This document shows, one piece after another, positions 54,101 through 64,000 of a stretch of DNA of 64,000 nt. The stretch lies in assembly GCF_006345805.1 (NCBI RefSeq), contig NC_043009.1:68076001-68140000 (forward strand), in the 5' to 3' direction. A program made the translations under genes and the position numbers. Source of the stretch: Octopus sinensis. Taxonomy: Eukaryota. Position 1 is the first letter of the stretch; every line of letters begins with the position of its first letter. The notes under the pieces are model-generated. The model had not been told where the DNA came from and made no database searches. It was given only the letters and a program-made list of their open reading frames with translations.

Positions 54101-54494
54101 TTTCAAAATAAGATGGGTGAATGTAGCAAGGGTGACACGTGTGAACGACGGAGCTAGCTTGAATAAAACAAAAAAAGAAAGGAAAAATGAGATTCACATA
54201 CTGTAATGTGTTTTTTTGCTTGACACTATTGTCCAAGGTTCCCGTGGTCTTTTCCGTAGGCTTTTCCTTCCACGAATATACCTAATCTGTTTTCCCTTTT
54301 TACATGGACATTTCTGTGATACACGATCCCTATTGATCGGCCCCCACTTGTTTTCTTTTTTTCTTCTCTTCTTCCCGAAAGAAAAACTCTACTCTGTATT
54401 TTGTCCCCTCTGTGTTCAGCCCTGTGTGGCCAATAAAGAAACATATCTGTCTGTCTATCTATCTATCTATCTATTCTATCTATCTATCTATCTA

Positions 54495-54566
<72 letters not shown>

Positions 54567-55314
54567 TATATATATATATGTGTGTGTATGTATGCATGTA
54601 TGTATATATATATACGTATGCTTGTATACAAGTATGTATATATGTATATAATGTGTGTATGTATATAAGTGCGTGTACCTTTCTATGTATATGTGCATAT
54701 GTATATGTATGTGTATATCTAAGGTAAAAGACAGACATCCTCTGTACCAATTTATTTTCTTCGAGAGAAACTGCAATACAGCGCCATTAAAAATTATTCT
54801 TTCCTCACGTATATTTATTGTTTCTCGTCATTTAATTATAATTTCAAATTTTGAGAATAATCGTTTCTTTTTTCTTTTTTCCTTCATCATATTTTATTCT
54901 ATTTCTCTCCTTTGTTACCTTCTCTTAATTTTCTTTACCGATCTTTGACTTTTATTAAAATATTGTGTAAAAACATCGTTTTCATTAAAGTTTTATTATA
55001 TTAATGCATTCTTTAAGTAATCTGATCGTGTAATTTATCACTTTTAAATCGATCGATTTTAAACAGGATGACGCTATCAAAATGGAATTAATACCTGTCA
55101 GCTTTCGAGAAAAATGAATGATGTTTTTGCCCTTCCAGTTAAACCACTAGATTCCCTTAGTTAATATACATTTCTATTACAATCTCGAAAGAAGGACAGA
55201 ACCGAGGAAAATAACTGGCTTCATAAACCACCGAGAATGCTTCTACGTGGTCACATGGCTCACAAGAAATAGGGACTAAATCTCCATCAAATCATTTTCC
55301 GAATATTTTCTGCT

Positions 55315-55640
55315 ACTGGCACTCTGTCGGTTACGATGACGAGGGTTCCAGTTCATCTGATTAATGGAAAAGCCTGCTCGTGAATTTAACGTGCAAGTGG
55401 CTGAGTACTCCACAGACACATGTACACTTAACGTAGCTCTCAGAGATATTCAGCGGGACAGAGTGTGTGACATGGTAGGGTTTTTGGAATACAGGTTCTA
55501 CTCATTTTTGCCAGGTGAGTGGACTGGAACAACGGGAAATAAAGTGTATTGGTCAAAGACAAAACGTGTCGCTAGGAATCGAACTCACGACCTTACAATC
55601 ATGCGCCGGATACTCTAACCACTAAGCCACGCGCCTTCAC
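55315..55640 (-). mobile_element. tRNA/CORE SINE (4996 family)
   Basis: Reverse-complement similarity to 4996-5320. Confidence 0.8.
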
Positions 55641-56016
55641 ACGAACGTTTGTGTTTAAAAAGGAAAGAAACATTAAATGTTTTCTTTAGTATCCTTCGAA
55701 AGGGATCCTAGTCAGATTGCCTGTGATGGTAGGGGTACAGTGTTACAACCAGACCGTGTATTACGTCCGCTGGGTCAGAGATTATCCGGAGATTAAAGTC
55801 TATCGGTGAATAAGCAGCAACAGCGAACAATAAGTTAAACCGAAGAAATACAGGGTTGACCAAAAGTCACCTGACAGTAAACCCAAAAACTTAATTCCAA
55901 GGTTTATTTATGATTAACAACTGAATGAATTTAATAAAAGCATCTAAACATGAAACATCATGAACATTTTTCAAAATGATATTAAAATCAAAATCAAAAT
56001 CAAATCAAATCACAAT

Positions 56017-56341
56017 TAAATGGAAATTGTAGTTGTGGTTCCTGTGCCGGTGACACGTAAAAAGCACCATCGGAACGTGGTCGATCCCAGCCCCCTCTCG
56101 GAGTGGTTGGCGTTAGGAAGGGCATCCAGCTGTAGAAACATTACCAGATCAGACTGGAACCTGGTGCAGCCTCCTGGCTTCCCAGACCTCAGTGGAACCG
56201 TCCAACCCATGCCAACATGGAAAACGGACGTTAAACGAAGATGATGATGATGATGACGACGACAATGATGATAATGATGATGACGATGATGATGATGATG
56301 ATGATGATGATGACGACGACAATGATGATAATGATGATGAC

Positions 56342-56425
<84 letters not shown>

Positions 56426-56430
56426 GGTGA
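56017..56430 (+). mobile_element. RTE-type LINE 3' end with long (GAT)n tail
   Basis: TTGGCGTTAGGAAGGGCATCCAGCTGTAGAAAC...GGACGTTAAACG followed by about 190 bp of (GAT)n. Confidence 0.65.
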
Positions 56431-57224
56431 AGATCTTGAGCGACACATTTTCTCATTCGAGTCAATACAGAATTAGAGATATTATTTATGGAATTTTGAT
56501 TTAGTATCGGGTGAGTCTTGGCCAAACCTGTATATCGCGTTACATAGATAAGGAAGGATTGCAAAATCTAACGTCTGGAGGCAGGAAGCCAAAAATGACT
56601 TGTTTCACGAATAATTCTAATACGAACGACTGGAAAAGAGAAAATGACGTCAGTCATCTACAGCACTTGAAGTTTCCTAAAGCTACCTGGGAACAGTGAT
56701 CAAACGTGATAGGTTTGTCGTCCCTGTGCTGTTGCTGTTGCTGTTGAGCGAACGGTCTTCGTACCAGAGCTCACAAGATGGGAGAGATCCGAAGCGTGGT
56801 CCTTTGCTATTCGTAAGATCCGCAGAAGAGAAAGCAAGGCAACCCCGAACACCGAGAGCATCGACGGATGGATGAATGCGCATCCAGGCTCAGCGGTTGC
56901 GTAGGAAGTCGGGGACAAGAAACAGGAAGAAAGGGTGAAAGAAAGGTAATGCGAAAGAGTATAACAGGGGGCCGCCACCACCCCCTGCCGGAGCTTCGCG
57001 GAGCTTTAGGTGTTTTCGCTCAATAAACACACACAACGCCCGGTCTGAGAATCGAAATGTCGTCTCTGTAGTTTGTAACCATGGCTGAAAATGTCTAGGA
57101 AGACGAAATGAAATATTCAAGGAAGGTTTCAACTGCTGAAACTATCTGAAGACAGTGACGTAACGGTGATGGTGGGATGAAGCAGTCAAGGTATTTGTCC
57201 ACTCCTTGTCTCTGTTGAAGATAC

Positions 57225-57527
57225 CATTGCACTAACAGTCCGTCAGTTGTGACGATGAGGGTTCTATTTGACCGTGAAATTAGCGGTCAAGTGGCCGAGC
57301 ACTCCACAGACACGTGTACCATTAACTTAGTTCTCAAGGAGATTCAGTGTGATACAGGATGTGACGAGGCTGGCTCTTTGAAATAAAGGTAGAACACATT
57401 TTCGCCAGCTGAGTGGCCTGGAGCAACGTGAAATAAAATATCTTGCACAAGAACACGCCGGTAATTGAACTCACGTCCTTACAATCGTAAGCCGAACACC
57501 CTAACCAATAAGCCACGCGCCTTCACC
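57225..57527 (-). mobile_element. tRNA/CORE SINE (4996 family)
   Basis: Reverse-complement similarity to 4996-5320. Confidence 0.75.
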
Positions 57528-57950
57528 CAAATACCTATTTTTTTACCACTCACAAGGGGCTTCATACAGAGGGGACAAACAAGGACAGACGAACGGATAA
57601 AGTCGATTATATTGACCCCAGTGCGTAACTGGTACTTATTTAATCGACCCCGAAAGGATGAAAGGCAAAGTCGACCTCGGCGGAATTTGAACTCAGAACA
57701 CAAAGACAGATGAAATACCTATTTCTTTACTGCCCACAAGGGGCTAAACACAGAGAGGACAAACAAGGACAGACAAACGGATTAAGTCAATTACATCGAC
57801 CCCAGTGTGTAACTGGTACTTATTTAATCGACCCCGAAAGGATGAAAGGCAAAGTACACCTCGGCGGAATTTGAACTCAGAACATAGCGGCAGACGAAAT
57901 ACCACTAAGCATTTCGCCCGGCGTGCTAACGTCTCTGCCAGCTCGCCGCC
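57528..57950 (-). mobile_element. tRNA-headed SINE with two tandem cores (12724 family)
   Basis: Reverse complement of the 12724/59436 family. Confidence 0.85.
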
Positions 57951-58494
57951 TTCCTTCACCGAAACACCACTGAACATTATTACATTACCAAAGCATCTTG
58001 ATATCAAAGACAATCTTGTTGAAGCCAGTCTAGCCAAACACCGTTACGATAACAGTCGCTCATTAACCAATATTAGTTATTCTGCAGGTACAAGATCACA
58101 GAAAGGATGTTCTTTTAGGGCGCTTAAACTGGAACTTTATATAAAGTCTTCCAAGTAAATCTGATATCAAGAACTTGTGGAAGCAATAAGTCCTTAGCTG
58201 CCGTAATCCAGGCTTTATAATACAAATTAGAAGCCGCGTGATTAAAAACAAGACCGGCATTATTCAAAGGAATGGTTAGAAACCACTTCACAAAAATCCT
58301 ACTTCAACTATTGATTATAAAATATTGGAGATGGAAGATTATAAACACTTTTTTGTTTTTAATCTCTAGACACAACAAATGATTTGATTTCAGAAAAATA
58401 TATACTTTTAAATAATTAGGAAACTGGTTCTAAGTTTCAAATATAATCTCTCTCTTTCATTCTCTCTCTCTCGCATTCATATATATATATATAT

Positions 58495-58561
<67 letters not shown>

Positions 58562-58769
58562 TGAGTGTGTGTTTATCTTTAGATAGATATATTATCCAGG
58601 CATTATAGCTCTCACTTATCTTCCCGGTTACGGCTAACCACATCGATTAATACTTAACATTTATGACTAGCAGTTGTCACTCACGCTGTAGATTCCCTCG
58701 ATGGGTAATTCCGTGTTCGCTTCACTGGATGGCAATATTATCTGCAGATACATACATACATACATATAT

Positions 58770-58830
<61 letters not shown>

Positions 58831-59435
58831 TATATATATTATATATATATATATATGTACGCACAGATGGACACACACACACACACACAAGCACATATAA
58901 ACATACATATATATATATATACATAAATGTGTGCGTGTAATGTAGACAATTGGTTGTGTATATAAACAGATGGGCAGCTTATTTCTCTGGGATTGGTCAA
59001 ATGGTGCAGACACTCTCACACACGTCACACATACACACATAATCACAAACACACACACACATCTATATGTATAATAGTTCTGAAATCAGATGTCTTAACG
59101 CAACACACAGACATGCGAATTATAGATATCTTAATAACCAGTACAAAGTCATAATCCCGTCTGTCCTCCCTCAGTCATATGCATAAATCACATCAGTATT
59201 TTAGTCAACACATTTCCACCTTTAGGACGCTTTATTTCGTATTCCCTTTCGTAGGCGATTCATTTCTATAACCTCATCACTTATTTGTCAACTTGGAATT
59301 ATAGAAAATAAAAAAAATAAAAAACAGAAGACATCTTAATATATTTAATGGAAAATACAAGATACGGACTAAACTGGTAATCTCGGCTGAATTTGATTGA
59401 TATTTTGCGATGATAATATTAATCCCACCGGTTAA

Positions 59436-60180
59436 GGCGGCGAGATGGCAGAATCGTTAGCACGCCGGGCGAAATGCTTAGCATTATTTCGTCTGCCGCT
59501 ACGTTCTGAGTTCAAATTCCCCCGAGGTCGACTTTGCCTTTCATCCTTTTGGGGTCGATTAAATAAGTACCAGTTACGCACTGGGGTCGATATAATCGAC
59601 TTAATCCGTTTGTCTGTCCTTGTTTGTCATCTCTGTGTTTAGCCCCTTGTGGGTAGTAAAGAAATAGGTATTTCGTCTGTCTTTATGTTCTGAGTTCAAA
59701 TTCCGCCGAGGTCAACTTTGCCTTTCATTCTTTCGGGGTCGATAAATTAAGTACCAGTTACGCACTGGGATCGATGTAATCGATTTAATCCCTTTGTCTG
59801 TCCTTGTTTGTCCCATCTATCTTTAGCCCCTTCAAGGCAGTAAAGAAATAAATATTAATTCCACTGGTTAAGCCGGCGAGGTGACAGAATTGTTAGAACG
59901 CCGGATAAAATATTTAGCTGCATTTCGTCCGTCTTTATGTCCCGAGTTCAAATTCTGCCGAGGTTGACATTGCCTTTAATCTTTTCAGGAGGGAAAAGGG
60001 TTAAAGTTGAACACTTGGATCAATGGAAACGACTTACCCCTCCCCAGAAATTACTGGCCTTGTGCCAAAATTTGAAACCAATATTAGTAAAGGTCGACTT
60101 TACCTTACACCCTATAGTGGTTGGTAAAATAAGTACCAGTTGTGTGCTGGGGTTGATATTGCTGATATTGTCAAAACTTG
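59436..60180 (+). mobile_element. Tandem array of the 12724-family SINE (two heads, about 4 cores)
   Basis: Heads at about 59436 and 59872, with the core GAGTTCAAATT...GAGGTCGACTTTGCCTTT... repeated. Confidence 0.85.
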
Positions 60181-60349
60181 TAACCAATTCTAATCCGACA
60201 ATCAAAGCTGTAGACAGAAGGAAAAGGTCTAACGTGACTCGTTTACTCGTGTTGCGTTTATGACAATATAATTATCGGGAGATTTGGTTGCTATTTTTAA
60301 ACGGCTCTATGACCTCTCCCATTTTCTCCCACTTAATGCTGCAACAAAT

Positions 60350-61325
60350 ATCATTATTTACATTTGACGGATATTTGACACAACGTTTGGGCTGATATAC
60401 CCTCGAGCCTTCATCAGGTGTCATGGGGAAATTTCGTACCTGGGTTCTCAGTCCTAAGGTATTTTACTATGTTGTTATTATTATTATTCAGGTCACTGCT
60501 TGGAATCGAACTCGGAATCTACGCCATATGCCCGTGGACAATTTTGGAGTGAATTTTAGGGCTTAAAAATCTAATATTTTCCTATCCTCCCTTAATACTG
60601 TTTCCCATATGCTATTCATATCTCTACTCGGTCTGCTTAGAAGGTCTCACTGGGGGAAGGGGTCTCCATTTTTCCATACATGATCAGCTATACCCGATTT
60701 ATCAATATCTCCCCGTGTCACAGCTGTGCAATGTTCGTCTACCCTTATTTTGAAGGGGCAGCATGCTTCGCCTTTGTATAACCTACCACTACTGCATGGG
60801 ATAGAGTACATGCAGTCTTTGGTCATATTCTCTTCTATTGGTGGTTTTACTCGGAGATATTTGCGAAGTGTTGTATTATTCTTGAATACTGTCCTGATGT
60901 CATATGGGCCGCATATCTTTCGTATCTTAACAACAAACAAGATGAGGACAAAAAATCCATCAAATGTAAATAGTGTAAATTGTTTGTTCCTTCTCGAGCC
61001 ATGCCTGACTCATAAGGCCGGATTCCCGGTTTCCCAGTTTCCTTGGCGTATAGGTTCCCCACCTGGACGGGACGCCTGTCCGTCGCAGGTGAGCTGGTAG
61101 ATGCAGGAGGAAAGAGTGAGAGAAAGTTGTGGCGAAAGAGTCAGCAGAAGTTGGCCATTACCTTCTGCCAGAGCCGCGTGGAGTTTGGGTGTTTCGCTCA
61201 TAAACACACACATCGCCCGGTCTGAGATTCGAACCCGCGAGTCCGCTGCTCTAACCATTAGGCCATGTGCCCCCGCAAATAATGTAAATAATGTACGTAA
61301 TTCCTCATCTCTTAAATATAGAACT
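60350..61325 (-). mobile_element. Penelope-like element remnant with GIY-YIG endonuclease, 3' UTR with tRNA-like box and mutated hammerhead, inverted terminal piece, and nested SINE at about 60985-61275
   Basis: ORF 60647-60940 reads KIRKICGPYDIRTVFK...CMYSIPCSSGRLYKGEACCPFKIRVDEH...SGIADHVW, a PLE GIY-YIG domain. The hammerhead at about 60378-60425 has GAAA changed to CAAA. Confidence 0.85.
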
Positions 61326-62071
61326 GGACGAAGAATATCATTCAATTGTAAGTTTTATAGGGAGTTAACAGCCATAACAAAATGCAGCCATCTCGAACTT
61401 GTGTCCGTGGACATTATTACGCTCCTGTAGTTTAACGTAAAGAAATGCTCGGCCGTTATTCACTGTTGCAATCGCTTACGGTTGGAAACGCTATCGCTTT
61501 ATGGAGTCCGTTAACAATTAAGTTAATTAGGCTAATGAGAACTGAATGGCTGTTCAGTTAAAAGCTCATCACACAAACACACATACAATAATTACCAACA
61601 CACAGACACACACACATATGCAATCACATACCCAAGCATACACTTATATTAGTTTTGTACATTTATAAATGCTTAGTGCAGTGAGGACGGTTGAGGTGCC
61701 CAAGAGAGCATAATGACCAGCTAAATAACGCAATGTGTTTTATTCGGTTTTCTATAGGCTTTGGGCGTTTCGTTCAACTTGTCTTTGGTTTCATTCACCT
61801 TTAAATACCTTCTAAAAATCGATAGAAAAAACATCAGCATAATAGTAGAGCGACCAGCAATACAGTAGCAGAGAAATCAAGTGATATAGATGAATTTGCT
61901 CAGGCTTGAAACTTCCCCTTACAGTTATTGACTCTGTACTTAAACCAACATTTCAGATCACAGTCTGTAGCCAAATAATCGCAGCACCTTGCCCACACTT
62001 GCTGAATACATTTTAAAAATATCTTTAAACATAATATTTATGCGTGAAAAGAGTTAATCGTTGTAGGTTTC

Positions 62072-62106
62072 GTATTATTATTATTGTTATTATTATTATT
62101 ATTTTA

Positions 62107-62179
<73 letters not shown>

Positions 62180-62186
62180 TTATATT

Positions 62187-62217
<31 letters not shown>

Positions 62218-62248
62218 TTTTATTATTATTATATTATTATTATTATTA

Positions 62249-62283
<35 letters not shown>

Positions 62284-62410
62284 TTATTATTATTTTATTA
62301 TTATTATTATTTTATTATTATTATTATTTTTATTATTATTATTATTATTATTATTTTATTATTATTATTTTATTATTATTATTTTATTATTATTATTCGT
62401 AGTAGTAGTA
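62072..62410. repeat. (ATT)n/(AGT)n microsatellite
   Basis: Seen directly. Confidence 0.97.
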
Positions 62411-62908
62411 GTAGTAGCAGGAGCAGTAGTTGTTGTTGTGGTCACAGCTATTGTTGTTTAGACCAAGGCCAACACTGACCGATCAGACCTATTTTCAAAA
62501 ACGTTCCTCTCACCATAATCCCATTTTTCTAATGTGACCTTCCTTTATATAAAACGATGAGATCCAATTACTATGAGATTTAACTGCTATTTTCAGTACG
62601 TAAAGTTACTGCATGTCGTGTATTACTCTCAGTCAATTTGTTAGTTGCTGGGAGGGGACATCGTATTTAGTTTTGCAGACATAATACTCTACGAAGTATG
62701 TTTAAATATTTATAAGTCAAAACTGATCCACTCTGTGTTAGCAGTGCGTTGTTTTCATTTTGTAAAGTAGATCTCTACAGATTTATCTGCGTAGAATTTA
62801 GAGCCACACTGAAAGCTGCGATGCTTTATATACGAATTCGTTTGGGAGTTCGTATGGGAATTTAATCATAACTAGAAAGGCGCAGTCCTCTCTTGGATTC
62901 GGGAGCCC

Positions 62909-62955
62909 CGTTACACCCACGTTACACCCGCGTTACACCCGCGTTACACCCGCGT
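62909..62955. repeat. 11-bp minisatellite (CGTTACACCCR)x4
   Basis: Four consecutive units starting at 62909, 62920, 62931 and 62942. Confidence 0.95.
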
Positions 62956-63065
62956 CACTTACTTGGTAACCTTGGAGCTGTGCGGGTCGTTAAATATTTG
63001 TTTAAATTTCCATGCCTTGAATCTGCATCTATCTTTTCTTACTGTTTTACTGTTTTTCTGATTTC

Positions 63066-63590
63066 ATGGCATCATCATCATCGTCGTCATCGTCAACAAA
63101 TTCATCATTATATTCATCATCATTATCATCATCATTATCATCATCATGATCTTCACCATTGTCATCATCGTTACTGTCTTCATCATCAGCATCATCATCA
63201 TCATCATTGTCGTCGTCGTCATCATCATCATCATCATCATCATTATCATCTCCGTCATCATCATTATCATCATCATTATGATCCTCACCATTGTCATCGT
63301 CATTGTCATCATCATCATCGTCATCATCATCATTAGCATCTTCATTACTATTGTCATCATCTTCATCATCATCATTCATCACCACCACCACCACCACCAC
63401 CACCATCATCATCTTCATCATCACCATTATCCTTTACACCCAGAACAATCACCATTACAACCACCATCACCCGTCATTTTCACCATCCTCCCCATCGTGA
63501 TTTTTACTATCCACCCCCTTCTCTTCATCACCACCAACAACAAAAACAACACCAACTGCACCAGCATCATCAACAACAACATCCCTAAGC
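63066..63590. repeat. Long imperfect (CAT)n/(CAC)n/(CAA)n trinucleotide tract
   Basis: Seen directly. It ends about 100 nt upstream of the Cys-loop exon acceptor. Confidence 0.97.
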
Positions 63591-63689
63591 TGCTGCGCTT
63601 TAAGTTTGTCGATTTAATCTAGTAAAACCCATGCTAACTCCACATGTGACATGTAGAAAGAGTAATTTTTCTTCTCCCTTCCTTTCCAG

Positions 63690-63772
63690 ATTAACTATGA
63701 CAGCCACATGTCCGATGAAACTGGAAAAGTTCCCCCTTGATATACAAACTTGCTCGATATTTATAAAAAGCT
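63690..63772 (+). CDS. Internal 83-nt exon carrying the Cys-loop: (R)LTMTATCPMKLEKFPLDIQTCSIFIKS(F/Y)
   Basis: Acceptor cttctcccttcctttccag ends at 63689, with a CTAAC branch-like motif at about 63634, and donor gtaagt starts at 63773. It contains the C-x13-C loop CPMKLEKFPLDIQTC. Phase 2 matches the upstream exon (AG|A = Arg), and it is 83 nt, like GlyR exon 5. Confidence 0.97.
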
Positions 63773-64000
63773 GTAAGTTCTCGATATTTCTTTTGTTTTT
63801 CTTAGTCTTTTTTTCAATTTTTATTTTTGCTTGTTTATTTTGTTCCTTCTCTTCTTCACCACCCTCCCCTACCCCCCGAACACCCCCTCCTTCGCTACCG
63901 CTAACATAACTGGAACTTTGCCTAATTCTCTCTAATTGCTTGTAATATCATACTTTTCAATATGTTGCCTTTTTTCTTCTTTCCCTATCTCTCTTTATAT

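Larger units (their letters stand above)
53772..63689 (+). other. About 9.9-kb GT-AG intron of the channel gene
   Basis: Bounded by gtaaga and ttccag. This is a phase-2 junction producing the conserved Arg131. Confidence 0.93.

Noticed and set aside
53548-63772. Assignment as an octopus chemotactile receptor or nicotinic subunit
   Set aside because: Motifs (FANEK, WNDPRL, CPMxLxxFPLDxQTC) and the 68/224/83 exon structure belong to the GlyR/GABA-type clade, not the nAChR-derived clade. Ion selectivity cannot be read because M2 is outside the window.

Overview
This is a repeat-rich, AT-rich animal genomic window. The SINE, Penelope and microsatellite content matches what I recall from octopus (coleoid cephalopod) genomes; that species call is inference. 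One protein-coding gene is supported, on the + strand: three internal exons (16009-16076, 68 nt; 53548-53771, 224 nt; 63690-63772, 83 nt) of a Cys-loop ligand-gated ion channel of the glycine-receptor/GABA/GluCl-like anion-channel clade. The exons are joined by canonical GT-AG introns of about 37.5 kb and 9.9 kb. Exon sizes and phases match the conserved 68/224/83 pattern of vertebrate GlyR genes. The start and the remaining exons lie outside the window. Everything else is intronic and consists of tRNA-derived SINEs, Penelope-like elements with minimal hammerhead ribozyme motifs, mariner/maT/hAT remnants and MITEs, two non-autonomous Helitrons, decayed LINE fragments, long inverted repeats and many microsatellites. 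Almost all entries in the supplied ORF track are microsatellite or TE artefacts. The most interesting signal is the channel's agonist pocket. The peptide aligns without gaps to GlyR alpha1 but carries R65T, F63I, S129R and E157K, and the K157 codon (AAA) is one A-to-I edit away from the canonical Glu. Second are tRNA-promoter plus hammerhead Penelope modules, long intronic dsRNA-forming repeats, and an unassigned decayed ORF at about 50.2-50.6 kb. All alignments were done by eye against remembered consensus sequences; no searches were run.
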